Virus record (IMG/VR): IMGVR_UViG_3300035698_023946
Source of the DNA: an uncultured virus (IMG/VR IMGVR_UViG_3300035698_023946)
Lineage: Duplodnaviria; Heunggongvirae; Uroviricota; Caudoviricetes
Length of the DNA stretch: 41,363 bases
Strand: one strand, 5' to 3'
Below, piece after piece: positions 17,601 through 29,600 of this stretch. The notes under the pieces were generated by a model. That model was not told the DNA's origin, did no database searches, and saw nothing but the letters and a program-made list of their open reading frames with translations. Position numbers and translations under genes: made by a program. Position 1 is the stretch's first letter. Each line of letters opens with the position of its first letter.

Positions 17601-20600
17601 TACTTAGGAGATAGTCGTTAGATTCTAAAAATGAACCTACATCATTTGAGCTAGAGGAAGCATCGGCTAATATGACCGCTGTTAAACCAGAATAGACCTC
17701 TCCTTCCCAATCGTTGTCAATGTATTTAGCTGCGGTCACATTTCCTAACAAGTTCGTCATCGTGACTGTGTGTGGGTCAAAATCGGAATACAAACGGACT
17801 TCACCCTTGACTACTGATGGGAATTTTGTATAAGCGATATCACTTCCGCTCTTAGTATAAGAATAAAATGAATAGTAATATTCTTCACCAACATCAAGGG
17901 TATCGCTGATATCTAAGAAGTCTGTACTGGTATAAGAGTCATCACCATCATCAATATCGTTCGGATAAATGACCACAGAATCGCCTAAACCGTCTCCGGT
18001 CACATATTCTATATTGTCAGATGGAATGTCTGTAGAAACGCTTCCTTCATGTCTGATGACCAAGGTCCCATCAGAACCCAGAACTTGAGACCAATTAAGT
18101 TTGACAAAAACAGTGTGATAATAAGTATCGTGCTCTAGTGTTGTCACGCTTGAATTCGCAGAAATTCCAGATGTCTTTTGCACCCACTTTTCTGTAGTAA
18201 CATCAAACTTGTAAAATCCCTCTTGTGTTCCAAGCCAAATGTTTCCTTCATCAAAATCAGAAACTAATATAGATGTCAACAATTCTGTTTTCAATCCATC
18301 ATTTTTTTGATCAAAAAACTTACCAACTTCAGAAGGTTCTTCACTACTGTTAAACATGACCCCATCTTCTGCAGTTGCTACCCAAATGCTTTCATGAGTT
18401 TTTCCGCTAAACGAACTAATGTCTGCGACATTCGCTCCTATTAGATTCTTGCCCCTCCGGAAACCGATATCATAGTCTATTTCTTCCCAATCTTCTGTTT
18501 CGAAATCGAATCCAAAAACATCAAAGAAAGACCACGGGTCAACATTGTCGATATTTTCATAACCGTAACCGTATCCCATTCCGTATTGCACATGGAAATT
18601 ATAAGGCTGAAATGGAGAATACCCATACCCATAACCGTAATCAGATGTTTTCAATTTGTAAATACCATTTCCCCACAAACCGACATAAAGGGTACCGCCA
18701 AGTTCAGGTGTATGAAGAACGTTTTCAACAAATAACAGGGCCTTTACTGGAGCTACCGGTAAATTACGAGTGATAACGCTAAAAGTTTTACCGTTATTAA
18801 TAGACAGGTAAACTCCAGATTTTTCATTAGAAGATCCAAAAACAGCAGCATAGATATATCCCATTCCGTCTACAATAACGTCTGAGATGAATGATTCTGA
18901 AGGAATGTCTTGACCAATTCTAGTCCAAGAGTATCCTCCATCTTGACTCATCAATAAATGACCAACATCATAATCGAGAGATTTATCATTCTTGATGACT
19001 ATCTCATCCTTATTGTTCGTATTTTGTAATTCAGCAGGGTTGAACATCGAAACAAATAACATATCTTGATGATAATCGGAATTAAAAGAGTTGACGACTC
19101 TAAATGGTCTGTATTTTTCCGGAATACCGTGAGAAAAGAACACGGTTCCTTTTTCAAATGCACTTGGTAATTCGAAAGAATCACCATCAATACTTCTGAA
19201 TCCTAATTGAACAGAAGTGTCCAACTTATTGTCTGTCATATCTCTGAATCTAGAACAGAACAAGTGCCTTAAATTGTTTTTGTTAGCACCGATAATAAAA
19301 GAATTTCCGTTAGAAGTCTCGAATATCCCATTAATCGCAACATCGGCACTACCACTAGAATTTCCTCTCGGGTTTCCTTGCCCTTTAAAGTCAATCAACG
19401 TAGAACCTTCAAAATAATTTGTTAAAGGATATCCTCCTAATGAATTTGTTAATGACACACGACCAGGATCGGCTTCAAATGAAGCTCCACCTGAAATGAG
19501 CTCTGCAGTAAATTTACCTCCGGTTCTATTTATTCTCAAGACTGCAGAGCCTCTGTTCGTAATGCTTCTTCTATTCGTTAATGCGACCACATCTCCAACA
19601 ACAACTGCTTGATCGTTTAAAGTTGTATCTGCATTGTTTTTCGTGATGAGAATATTCTTGTATCTCAACAAAGGTAGCTGGCCACGATCATCTTCTTCGT
19701 GAACGGTAGTCCAAACAGTCCCGCTTGTCCAATAAAGATTTCTATATCCACCTGCCCAAATTTCAGAACCATCACTATTATATTTGATTGAATAAATTGT
19801 TTGTTTATTCAATCCACCAACACTGTTTATGAATCTGGCTCCCGTTAGTAAGCCAGCAGCACCTTGTAAATCGTATACAGAATTGCCACTTATTCTAATC
19901 GCTTTAAGATCAAAATCATTTGTGGAGATAAATGTGTTGTTTCCAAAAACATGAACTCTTTGGATTGATATATTTTCGAGTTTGATCAAGTTGTCTGCAC
20001 TTGGGATTAAGGAAAAGCTTCGTCCATCCGAATCTGAAGCAAATAAGTTACTAGTATTAGAAAGTAGTAGATAAGGAGGGTTCTGGTAGGTCAGCGTGTA
20101 CCCCCCTCCACCATTGTCCCAATCTGCTCCTTCATCAATAATGATATTGTTATTATCTATCTTAGAAATTACAGTTCTTGTATCAATTTGATCTGAACTA
20201 ACTGTGATAGTTAAAGTGGCACCAACTAAGATGTCTTCAAAAGAGTCCCCAGAAGCAGGATCATCGACTAAATCAGAGAAACTAGATGTATGAGCTTTGT
20301 CTGTTGTCGTTACCGATCCAGCATCTTCTGTCGCAACAACGAAATCTACATTTCCTATAGACTGACCGATTGAAGAATCTGATAGATCGTAATATTCTAA
20401 ATCGCCTTTGTTAAGAGTGGATTTTCTAATTAAACTGTTAACAAAAACGTATACAGAATCATCGACTTCATCTATAAACAATCTCGCATCCAAATCCTCA
20501 GATTGTTGATATATCTTAAGGTTAGGTATATCTGTAGAATTGATATCGAAGTCAATTGTGTCGGAAGAAATCTCTTGAGAAATAGTTTGATAAAAGAGAA

Positions 20601-23600
20601 GATCTAAAGTCGAATTTCTAGACAAGTCTGTAATAACATTATTCGAATTAACAAAAACATGATTGCTTGAAGAATCGATAAAGATATTATTTATGGCATA
20701 ATCGTCTACACTTGTTACGACATACCTTGTAGAAAAAATTGTTCCAGAACCAGACAAGACCATAAGCCCTGTTGTTGGAGAATCTCCATTCATACCAGCG
20801 ATTAAGTTTCCATAAGAATCGGCAACTAAAGCCCCGATTGGCTGCGGGTTTCCAGTTACAGAAGAGATGTCTTTATCGTCAACATCGACTGTGTGAATTC
20901 CTAAATTAGAACCTAAGTATACAATTGGTTCTTCTACAATATTGACACCTTGAGTATTTGTCGAGTCAATGCTAAATGAATTAGAATACCATGGCGAAGA
21001 AAAAGTGCCACTCGTTAGTTGATAATGATATCGATAAGAAATGGAAGAGTCAATGGTTCTTGTTTGATCTGTAAAGCTGCTGTTTGATCCATAATATATG
21101 ACCAAACTATTAGAGGCCGTCACATTCTCATCGACTCGATCAGCAATCATGAGCCGATCATCTTCATTCATAGAAGCAACAACATCTCCTGAAACATAAA
21201 CCGTGCTATTCCCAGAACCATCACCAACATTGATTGCCACAATGTCAAAAACGGCGGAAGATGAATTTTCTGGTCTTACCGTAATTGTTTGAACAACTTC
21301 TCTCGTATTTTCTGATAGAGTTTGGTCTATTGTTATAGCGGTTCTTCCGCCTGTGAAAACTCGACTCACGACCGTTCCGTAAATTGGGTTCGAATATTCT
21401 GTTTCAGATACAGGATTGGCAATGACCCCACTTATCGTTCTTGTAACTAACACGTTAGAAACATCTGAAAGATTTGTTTCAATCTGTCTTACGTCAACAT
21501 CGTAACTACTATAGTCTATTTCTAACGCTGGTTTGTATTTTATTGCAGACGAAGTGAATGATTCGTTAAAGATAGAACTATTTTCTTTATTGAGAAAAGA
21601 AACTGAGCTATTAGTTGTATCTATGATATAAACAGAGTTTGAAGAAATTGCGTAAACTTTATTGTTAAGCTCATCGACCGACAAGCTTAAAACTTCTTGA
21701 GACAGTTCATTTGTAGTTATATTGGAAAAATTTATATCAATATAGTTGGCTTGATTTGTTATTGATTCACCATCTACGATAGTTATTCCTTTGGTAGATC
21801 CAAAAACATAATCAACATTGCCATCACTCCCGGTGATGGATTCGATTACATTTATTTCTAACGAAGCTAAACCATCGCTAATGACTTCCATGTCGGTTAG
21901 GGTTAAACTATTATCACTAATATTGACAGTATATTTTTGAACACCGACACTCGTTCCAACTAGAAGTGCATTTTTACTTTCATCAAAGAAAATACATTGA
22001 GGAGCACTTATCCAATAGCTTGATGGGAAGGTGTAAAACTTATAGTCAAATTCATTATAATCTGAATCATCTACAATTCTAAAAGAAACTCCATCACTCG
22101 TGGAGATAACCATAAATGAAGTTCCACTATACATTCCATTTACATCGTTTCCAATAAAACCGTTAACATTTGTTAATGTATATTGAGAATCGTCATCTAT
22201 CGCATTAAAATAATAGTTTCCGTTACTGTCAAAAGAGACATCTTTAATTACCAGATTGTTTAAAGAGCTTTCTTCTTCATTTTGATAGAATCTGTAATTA
22301 AATCGTTTCCAACTACCTCCACGATTTGCCGACAAATACAAACCGTTCAAGATTTCTATTTCAGATCTATCGGAATCTATTGACATCAAAATTTGAGTTT
22401 CATCTGTTGGGTGAAATTTGATGAACTCGATGTCACTATTGAGAATTGTTTCTCCGCTAATTTTCACTGACAATCCATCAAACCAAGTAACAACCGTACT
22501 CGTCAAAGTCTCAGAGACATATAAGAGGTTATCGGCAACAAGAACTCCATAAGATGAACTTGAAGGAGAAACTGCCAGAGGGACCTGTATCTCGGTCACA
22601 GAAGGAATGCCGATTGCACTAAAAGCTGTCACATTCTGATTGGTACTTCTGTAAATAGCGTCACTAAGAGTCACAAAAGCTTTTTCAGTACTATCGATAC
22701 CTGTGTAGGTTCGTGAAATTCCATTTTTTAAGATTCCCGAAAAAACCACAAAAGCAGTCGTGGAATTGCTGAACTTATCGTTGTATTTGTAAGTCTTATG
22801 AAGGTTTCCTTCTTCAACCGATAAGAACAGAATGTCTTGTGAAACAGCATCTACCGTTTCGGTGATCCCCCAGGCAGGAACCGATCCCCTAATTCCCTCA
22901 TTCTCTTCAAAAGACTGAACCGAAGATCCATCCGATCCGCTGATCGTATCTACAGACGTCCAATACCAACCCTCATTAATAGAAGACCTTAATTTATTGT
23001 CCTGAACAACAAAAACACCGGTAACAGCATTGATCACTTCTTGCCCATTTGAATCTGTCACCAGGTTCCCAATTTCAATAGAAGCACTGCTTAAAGACCC
23101 AGTTGTCACAGTTTCTCCTGGATCGCTAAATTTAATGGTAGCGGTACCGGCAGTCACTTCATATGTAGCTATCTTATAAATTTCATCATTGAGTTTAATG
23201 AATTGGTTAATTAAAGACCCGTCCACTTGATAATCTACATTTCCAGAGACATCTACATCTACAGAATAAAGACCAGAAACTTTACAGGCTGGAGTTACCG
23301 AAGTATCTACGTGAGAAAGATTGGCTACAACTTCCACATATCCTGTCTCATCTATCAGGCTATTGTTTCGTCCAAGTATTTCAAAAAATACAGGTTCTCC
23401 AGTTATGTCTACATTCGCACCATCATAAGATGTGTCTCCTACATCGTATTCCCCAAAATCAGAATCTGTTGGTAAACCAGAAATGTAAATCTTAGATTTG
23501 TTTTCATTTTGGAAAAAATCAATATTTGTCACAGTTCCAGATATCGTATTTTCTGCAACTGTGACCGTTTGAGTGTCTGAAAATTTGGGAATTGTTTTTG

Positions 23601-26600
23601 AATTAGATTCCCAAATTTTAGCAGAACTAGAAAAAACTCTTCTAAAGTTTTCACCACTATCGTTAGAAACGTAGATGTAATAAATGAATCTATTTCTTGT
23701 GACAACCGTTACGATATCATTTTGAGCATTGATGTGAAGGATTTTATCTCCACCAGAGAGACCAGAAGAGGTGGTGTCGAACGATACTCCTTGATTGTCA
23801 GAAATGTAAATAGAACCAGAAGATCCGACATAAAGATTATCATTATCATCTACTGCAATTGTTGTTTCGCGGACCAAATTGTTTTCATAAATTACTTCCC
23901 AATTCAGACCTCCATCAATTGTTTTAAAAACTGTCGGTTTATTGGTTCCGAAATATAAGCCATTCAAGAAATCTTCTTCAGAGAAATCGAATGGCAAATT
24001 GCTTTCACAATAAATTATGCTTGAATCCGTTGCGCTAAATCTGACTCTAGAAATAGATAGATGAGGAATTGACCAAGGATAAACCTTATCCCAGTTTGAT
24101 CCATTATGGACAAATAGTCCACCACCATCTGTGGAAATGATGATTTTATCAAAACCAGAAGAATTTTGATAAATATCCATATCTGTCACATCATGGTTTG
24201 TTAAATCGTCATTAAAGTTTGCCCATGTGTTTCCGTCATCTGAAGAGGTGTAAACTCCTCCTCCATAAGAATGTGAATAAAGAACGGAATTACTAATGAC
24301 GCTTCCTCTTATCTTCCAGTCTTTAATGTCGGTTCTGTCTAAACCGATACTCATTCTTGCCCATGAAACACTTGAAGATAATGCATTAGTCGTCTTATAA
24401 ACTCCATCATCTCTAGTCCCGATAACTACTTCGGAACCATTCGACCCTGGTTTAATGGCGACATCCCATACATAGTCAATACCTGTTGAAATAGATTCCC
24501 AATTATCTCCAGAATCTATCGATCTGAAAACTCCTCCGCCAAATGTTGCTGAAAATACGATGTCATTTCCATCAACAAGAACTCCATCAACATTTTTAAC
24601 AGAGAAATAAGAACTACCAATATTTGACTCAATCCAAGTTGGAGTTCCAGATAATGGTCCATATCTCCAAACACCTTGTTCAGTTGCAGCAAAGATGTAA
24701 TCTGAAGCAGAATCTGTAGAAAGAAGTCTATTGAATTTTAAATCAATTTCATCATCATACTCGCTAAAATACCTTTCTAAACCGGTTGACAATTGAGTAT
24801 AAGACCCCATATCGGAAACGAGGCAAAATGTATCGTCTCCATAAGTAATCCTTCCATTCGGGTCTCCTGTGGTCCTCGTGCTAACGATTGAATAATACAA
24901 TCTGGAAGTATTTACCCCAGTCAATCCGCTCAAGGTCGTGAAGATAGAACCACTTTCATCTCTAATTCTAAACACAGTGCTATCTCTAATAGAATGAATG
25001 GGATACCAATAAGAATTACTATCTACGTCATATTGCAAAAGTAATCCCGGAAGCTGTTCTCGACGCCACACTCCAAGACCGTAAAGGTGAGAGTACTTAA
25101 CGTCTACATAAGAAACTCCATCAACGACGGCTTGTTCAATTTGTTCTATCTTTAAATCAGATTCTCCGTTAACGAAGGTTACTGGAAATCTTTTAGTTCT
25201 TAGCTGATTGGTGGCAGGTCTTGACTCCACAACAAATGGCATACTCTTTCTCTTACCAGCCGATTGAGTCATTTCGCTGTTTAAGAAAAATGAGAAATAT
25301 ACTTTTTTACCAACGACATCTGTGGAGAATGTTGCTGGGGAAGCAATCTCAACGATATCGTAATAGCTGCTTCCAACTTGAGTCGGGTTACTTATAGCGT
25401 CTAAATTGCTAGTTTGCCCATTTATTTCGCTGATAACGGCTTTAGATATGGTATAGTAGAATTCATCACTATTTGTGAATGGGCTTGAAGCAGGTACTCC
25501 CCCAAAAGTCAATTCATGAGTGCTTGGTTGAGCTGAATAGGTGTACAGCCCATACCTTATATGTTGTGCATTTTTGGCGACTAAAACAATCTTGTAATGA
25601 GCGGCAGTGTCTCCGCTGAATGTGAAGTTCGTGTATGAATCTGTTATTGTTATAAATGTAGAAGCACCGTTTACAACCGAACATGTTCCACAGTAATAAT
25701 ATGCCGGTTCAGTATCGTACATGTCTTCGACTTCATAAACACCATTTAATTCGGTGGCCACATAGTGTTTAGAAGAATCCGTCGGATGGTCGATGATGTC
25801 TGAAATATTGTATTCTGCGATTCCGGAAACCGGATTTAAATTAGTTATGTCTGGCTTAAAGTCATCATGTTCAAGACGATAATTATTATTTCCAGAAACT
25901 ATCCCATTTCTATGTAAAACATTTTTAGGCAATCCGTAGAATCTATTTTTTTCTTTTAAGAAATCATGATCTAAAATTGACCATATATTTTTTCTAAAAT
26001 TTGTAGATAGATGTTTATTTTTAAAGAGTAATATAGAATGATTCAATCCAGAAGTATCAAATGTTAATAAGTTATGATAATCTAAGAAGTAAGAATTATC
26101 TATCGTAGCATTTGATAAGAAAGAATGATTCTCAGGAAGATAGACAAGATGTTCTAGCTTATTAGTGGAACCCCAAGACTGTCTTATCTTTTCGAATTTT
26201 TCCAGGTCTTCACTATTGTCTCGTAAGAACCTGATTTTATTAGAGTTAGAATTCTCTGTAGAGTAGAATCTGGAAAAGTCTACAGTGGTTTGATTAAAGT
26301 CATCAGTAGTGAAAGAGTCAGAAAAAATCCTAGCATACAAGTTGTTTTCAGATGTATCTGACAAATTGCTTTGATCTAAATCCCAAACTCTCCAAGAAGC
26401 AGCATTTTCTATGTAATAATCATTTTCTTGATTTTTATTAAAATCTTGAAACCATCTATCTCCCTTATTCTTGCTTCTGTACATCCCCGAAAATTGAGTC
26501 CCCAACAAAGAGGTTCTTTCGTCACTTAATATTCTAATGACATTTGTGAACTCCGTAGGAAGAGATACTCTGGTCCAAAGAGTCCCTCCATTTTCAGTTT

Positions 26601-29600
26601 TATATAGACCGTCATTTGTCCCTGCATAAATTGTGTTTGGTTGTGACCAAGATATTTTGAAACAAACAATATTATGTTGATCTAATCCATCTGTAATTGT
26701 GAACGAATTAGCATTTCCAGTAAAATCGCCACCAACCCTAATCCACGAACTACCTGAATTCCTGAAAATTCCACCGCCATAACCTCCAAAATCTTTCACC
26801 GAGCAATAGAGGGTGCCGTTAGAGTCTATTTCGAATCCACTAATCTCTAAGTTATTATCATCTATTAGCTCTGTGAACCCTGTGTTAAGCTCTGTGAAGT
26901 TATCTCCATCATCTATCGACTTCCAAACTCCTCTTGTTTTTGTTCCAACATATAGAATCGAATTGGCATAGAGAATCTTAGTTGTTTCAACCTGACCCAA
27001 ATCACTTTCTCCAATTCTTACCCATGAAGAAATCTTATTGTTATTAATTGACAGATCGTTATTAAACCCATTCCCAGGATTGTAAATATGTAAACTTTTG
27101 TCAAACTTATCAAAAGTAGCTATGATTTTATCATCACCTTGAGTCACGTAGGAAAGAAGTTTTATCGGAGTGCTCCGGAAGTTAAAAAACTTTCCTATTT
27201 GCAAAACGTCTTCGGGTATCGTTCCGGAAACAAAGGTGAGATACATTCTAGTAGAAACAGCATATTCAGTTGTTGGCAAATCTACGATATTGCCAACAAT
27301 CGTACCCAAACTTCCTGTAATTTCAAGATCATCAATATTGATTTCGATCTCTTTAGCATCATATGTGTTCTTGTACAGTCCATTAGTTGTTGAGATAAAA
27401 ATTTTACTAGTATCGCTTGTGTCAGCAGCAAAATCTTTAATCGTGAAATTCACTCTGATATTACTGTCGATATCGGATCTTTTGATTTTGTCAATTACCC
27501 ATTCATTCACTTCTTGATCGCCAGTTACGTTCATTACTGGTGAAGCGTATTGTCTTCTGAAAAGATCATCAGACCCCCAATAAACAATAGGAGATGTTCC
27601 TAGCTTTCCTGAAGTAGTACTTTCAATGTAGGGTAGATGCAACGCCTCGTAATTTGAATTAGTTAATTTACTTTCCACATCTCCATAAAAAGAATCATTA
27701 TCAGTTGTTTTGAAAACATATTTTCTAAAGTTCGCCCCATTGTCATTAGATACAAAAAGACCGCCTACATCTTTATCTTTCATCAAGACATAAGAGATGT
27801 AGTTTTTAGAAGGAGATAATTGAATTTCTGATATTTCATATTGCCCTTTTAAATTGCTATCTCCATCAAAAGCTCCTGGGTTGAAAACAGTTTTCCAGAT
27901 AGTTCCACCGTTTGTTGTCTTATGAACTCCATGAAATTTTGTTCCAATATAAACGACATCTTCATCTTGAGAGTCGATATCTAAAGAAGTGATGTAGTAA
28001 TCGTCCAAACCTGCATTTTTAGTTTCTGATCTAAAAGTGCCACCCCATTTAAGAGACCAGGTAGCAGTCGTAGAATTATATCCTAAGTACAATCCGTCAA
28101 CTTCATCTTCATCAAAAGTTGGGGAACCAGAAACACTCATGAATTTTACAATGTTATTTTTTCGAACCCATTTTTCTGAAGAATCTGTTGAACTTTCTTT
28201 GAAATATACCCCATTTTCTGTTAATGCATACATTCCACCTAATGTCGAAGAAGATAGAAGGCCGAAGACATTTCTGGAAAAACTACCAATAGAATCGGAG
28301 TCATAAGCTTTAGAATTTTCAATCGTAGAATTGATAAGATCTATCATTTCATCAATTCTAAGATCATCAATTTCAACATTGTCAATAGACACTGCATCAA
28401 AAACTTCAGGGAAAAATTCTTGAACGGCAGTTAAGAGCTGAATAAAATTGGCATCTCTAATCCCTGCAAACCCATGAGTGTGTCCGGTTTCATGTTCTAA
28501 AAGTAAATCTTCTAATTCAGTATGACTCTTCGTTCCTACTCCCAAAATTCCTCCCAAAGTAGAAGTATTTGGAATAGTGATCTTAGCAACACTACTTGAC
28601 AAAACCGGAGATGGCAAAGTGACAAGTCCAATCGTGCCAAAGTTTATAAGATCAATACTATTTGTTAAATTAGATTCCTCTATGACAGTGATGGTGAATT
28701 GAACGTTAGAAATTGACATTGCCACACTATCGAAATCATCATACAGTATGTTTAAAAGATCTGCGGCAGGGTCCGTACTTCTAATTCGAATAGAGTTATA
28801 AGAATTAGATTGTATTGTATATTCTACTTCTGGATCATTTCTTATGTTTACTACAATACTAAGCCCTGCTAAATTGAATCCTAAAAAGAGATTTTCATCT
28901 GTTTCAAAAACCAATTCTTGAACTACCTGTTTTCCGGATGATGAAAATTCATTAAAAGAAACAGTTCTAACAGACGCCCAGGTCCCTTCAACCTTTGTCA
29001 CAAACCTGTTGTCAAGGTAAATCTTTTCTGAGCTAGACAATTCACTGTCCCACGGACCTCTCAAGGCGTAAAAATGTCTTAGAGAAGAAACTGTAGTGAT
29101 AACATCTTTGGGAGTTCTGGCCTCCGTGAAGGTTATTTCTTGAGTTTGGAAATCAAAAGTGTATGAATCAGCATACCTGCTATATGCAGAAGACTGAGGT
29201 ACATTGTTAACAAAAACTAAAGGATCGGAATGATTGTAAATAACAAATTTATCCCCGAATTTAAAGCTTTGATTTTTTGTATGTTTCCCATCATATCGAT
29301 CTATTCGTATTCTGTATTTTTCATTTAAGCTGTCTACGTCAGTTATTCTCAGTACTTTGAATTTCTGACTAGAGTTTAATCCTGCATTTGTAGAATCGAA
29401 AATGATTGTGTCGCCAACTGAAAATTTAGCTAATGCACATTTGACTGAAATGTCCTTCGTGGTCGTGTTGTAATTTGTTATAGTTCCTCTTCCTGATGCT
29501 GGAACAAAAATGCTATTAGTCAAATCTGTGGGAACGCCAATTATAGGAAAAGCATTTCTTATAGAGATGTCATAAGGAGTTGCCGTTGATTCTATTTGAT

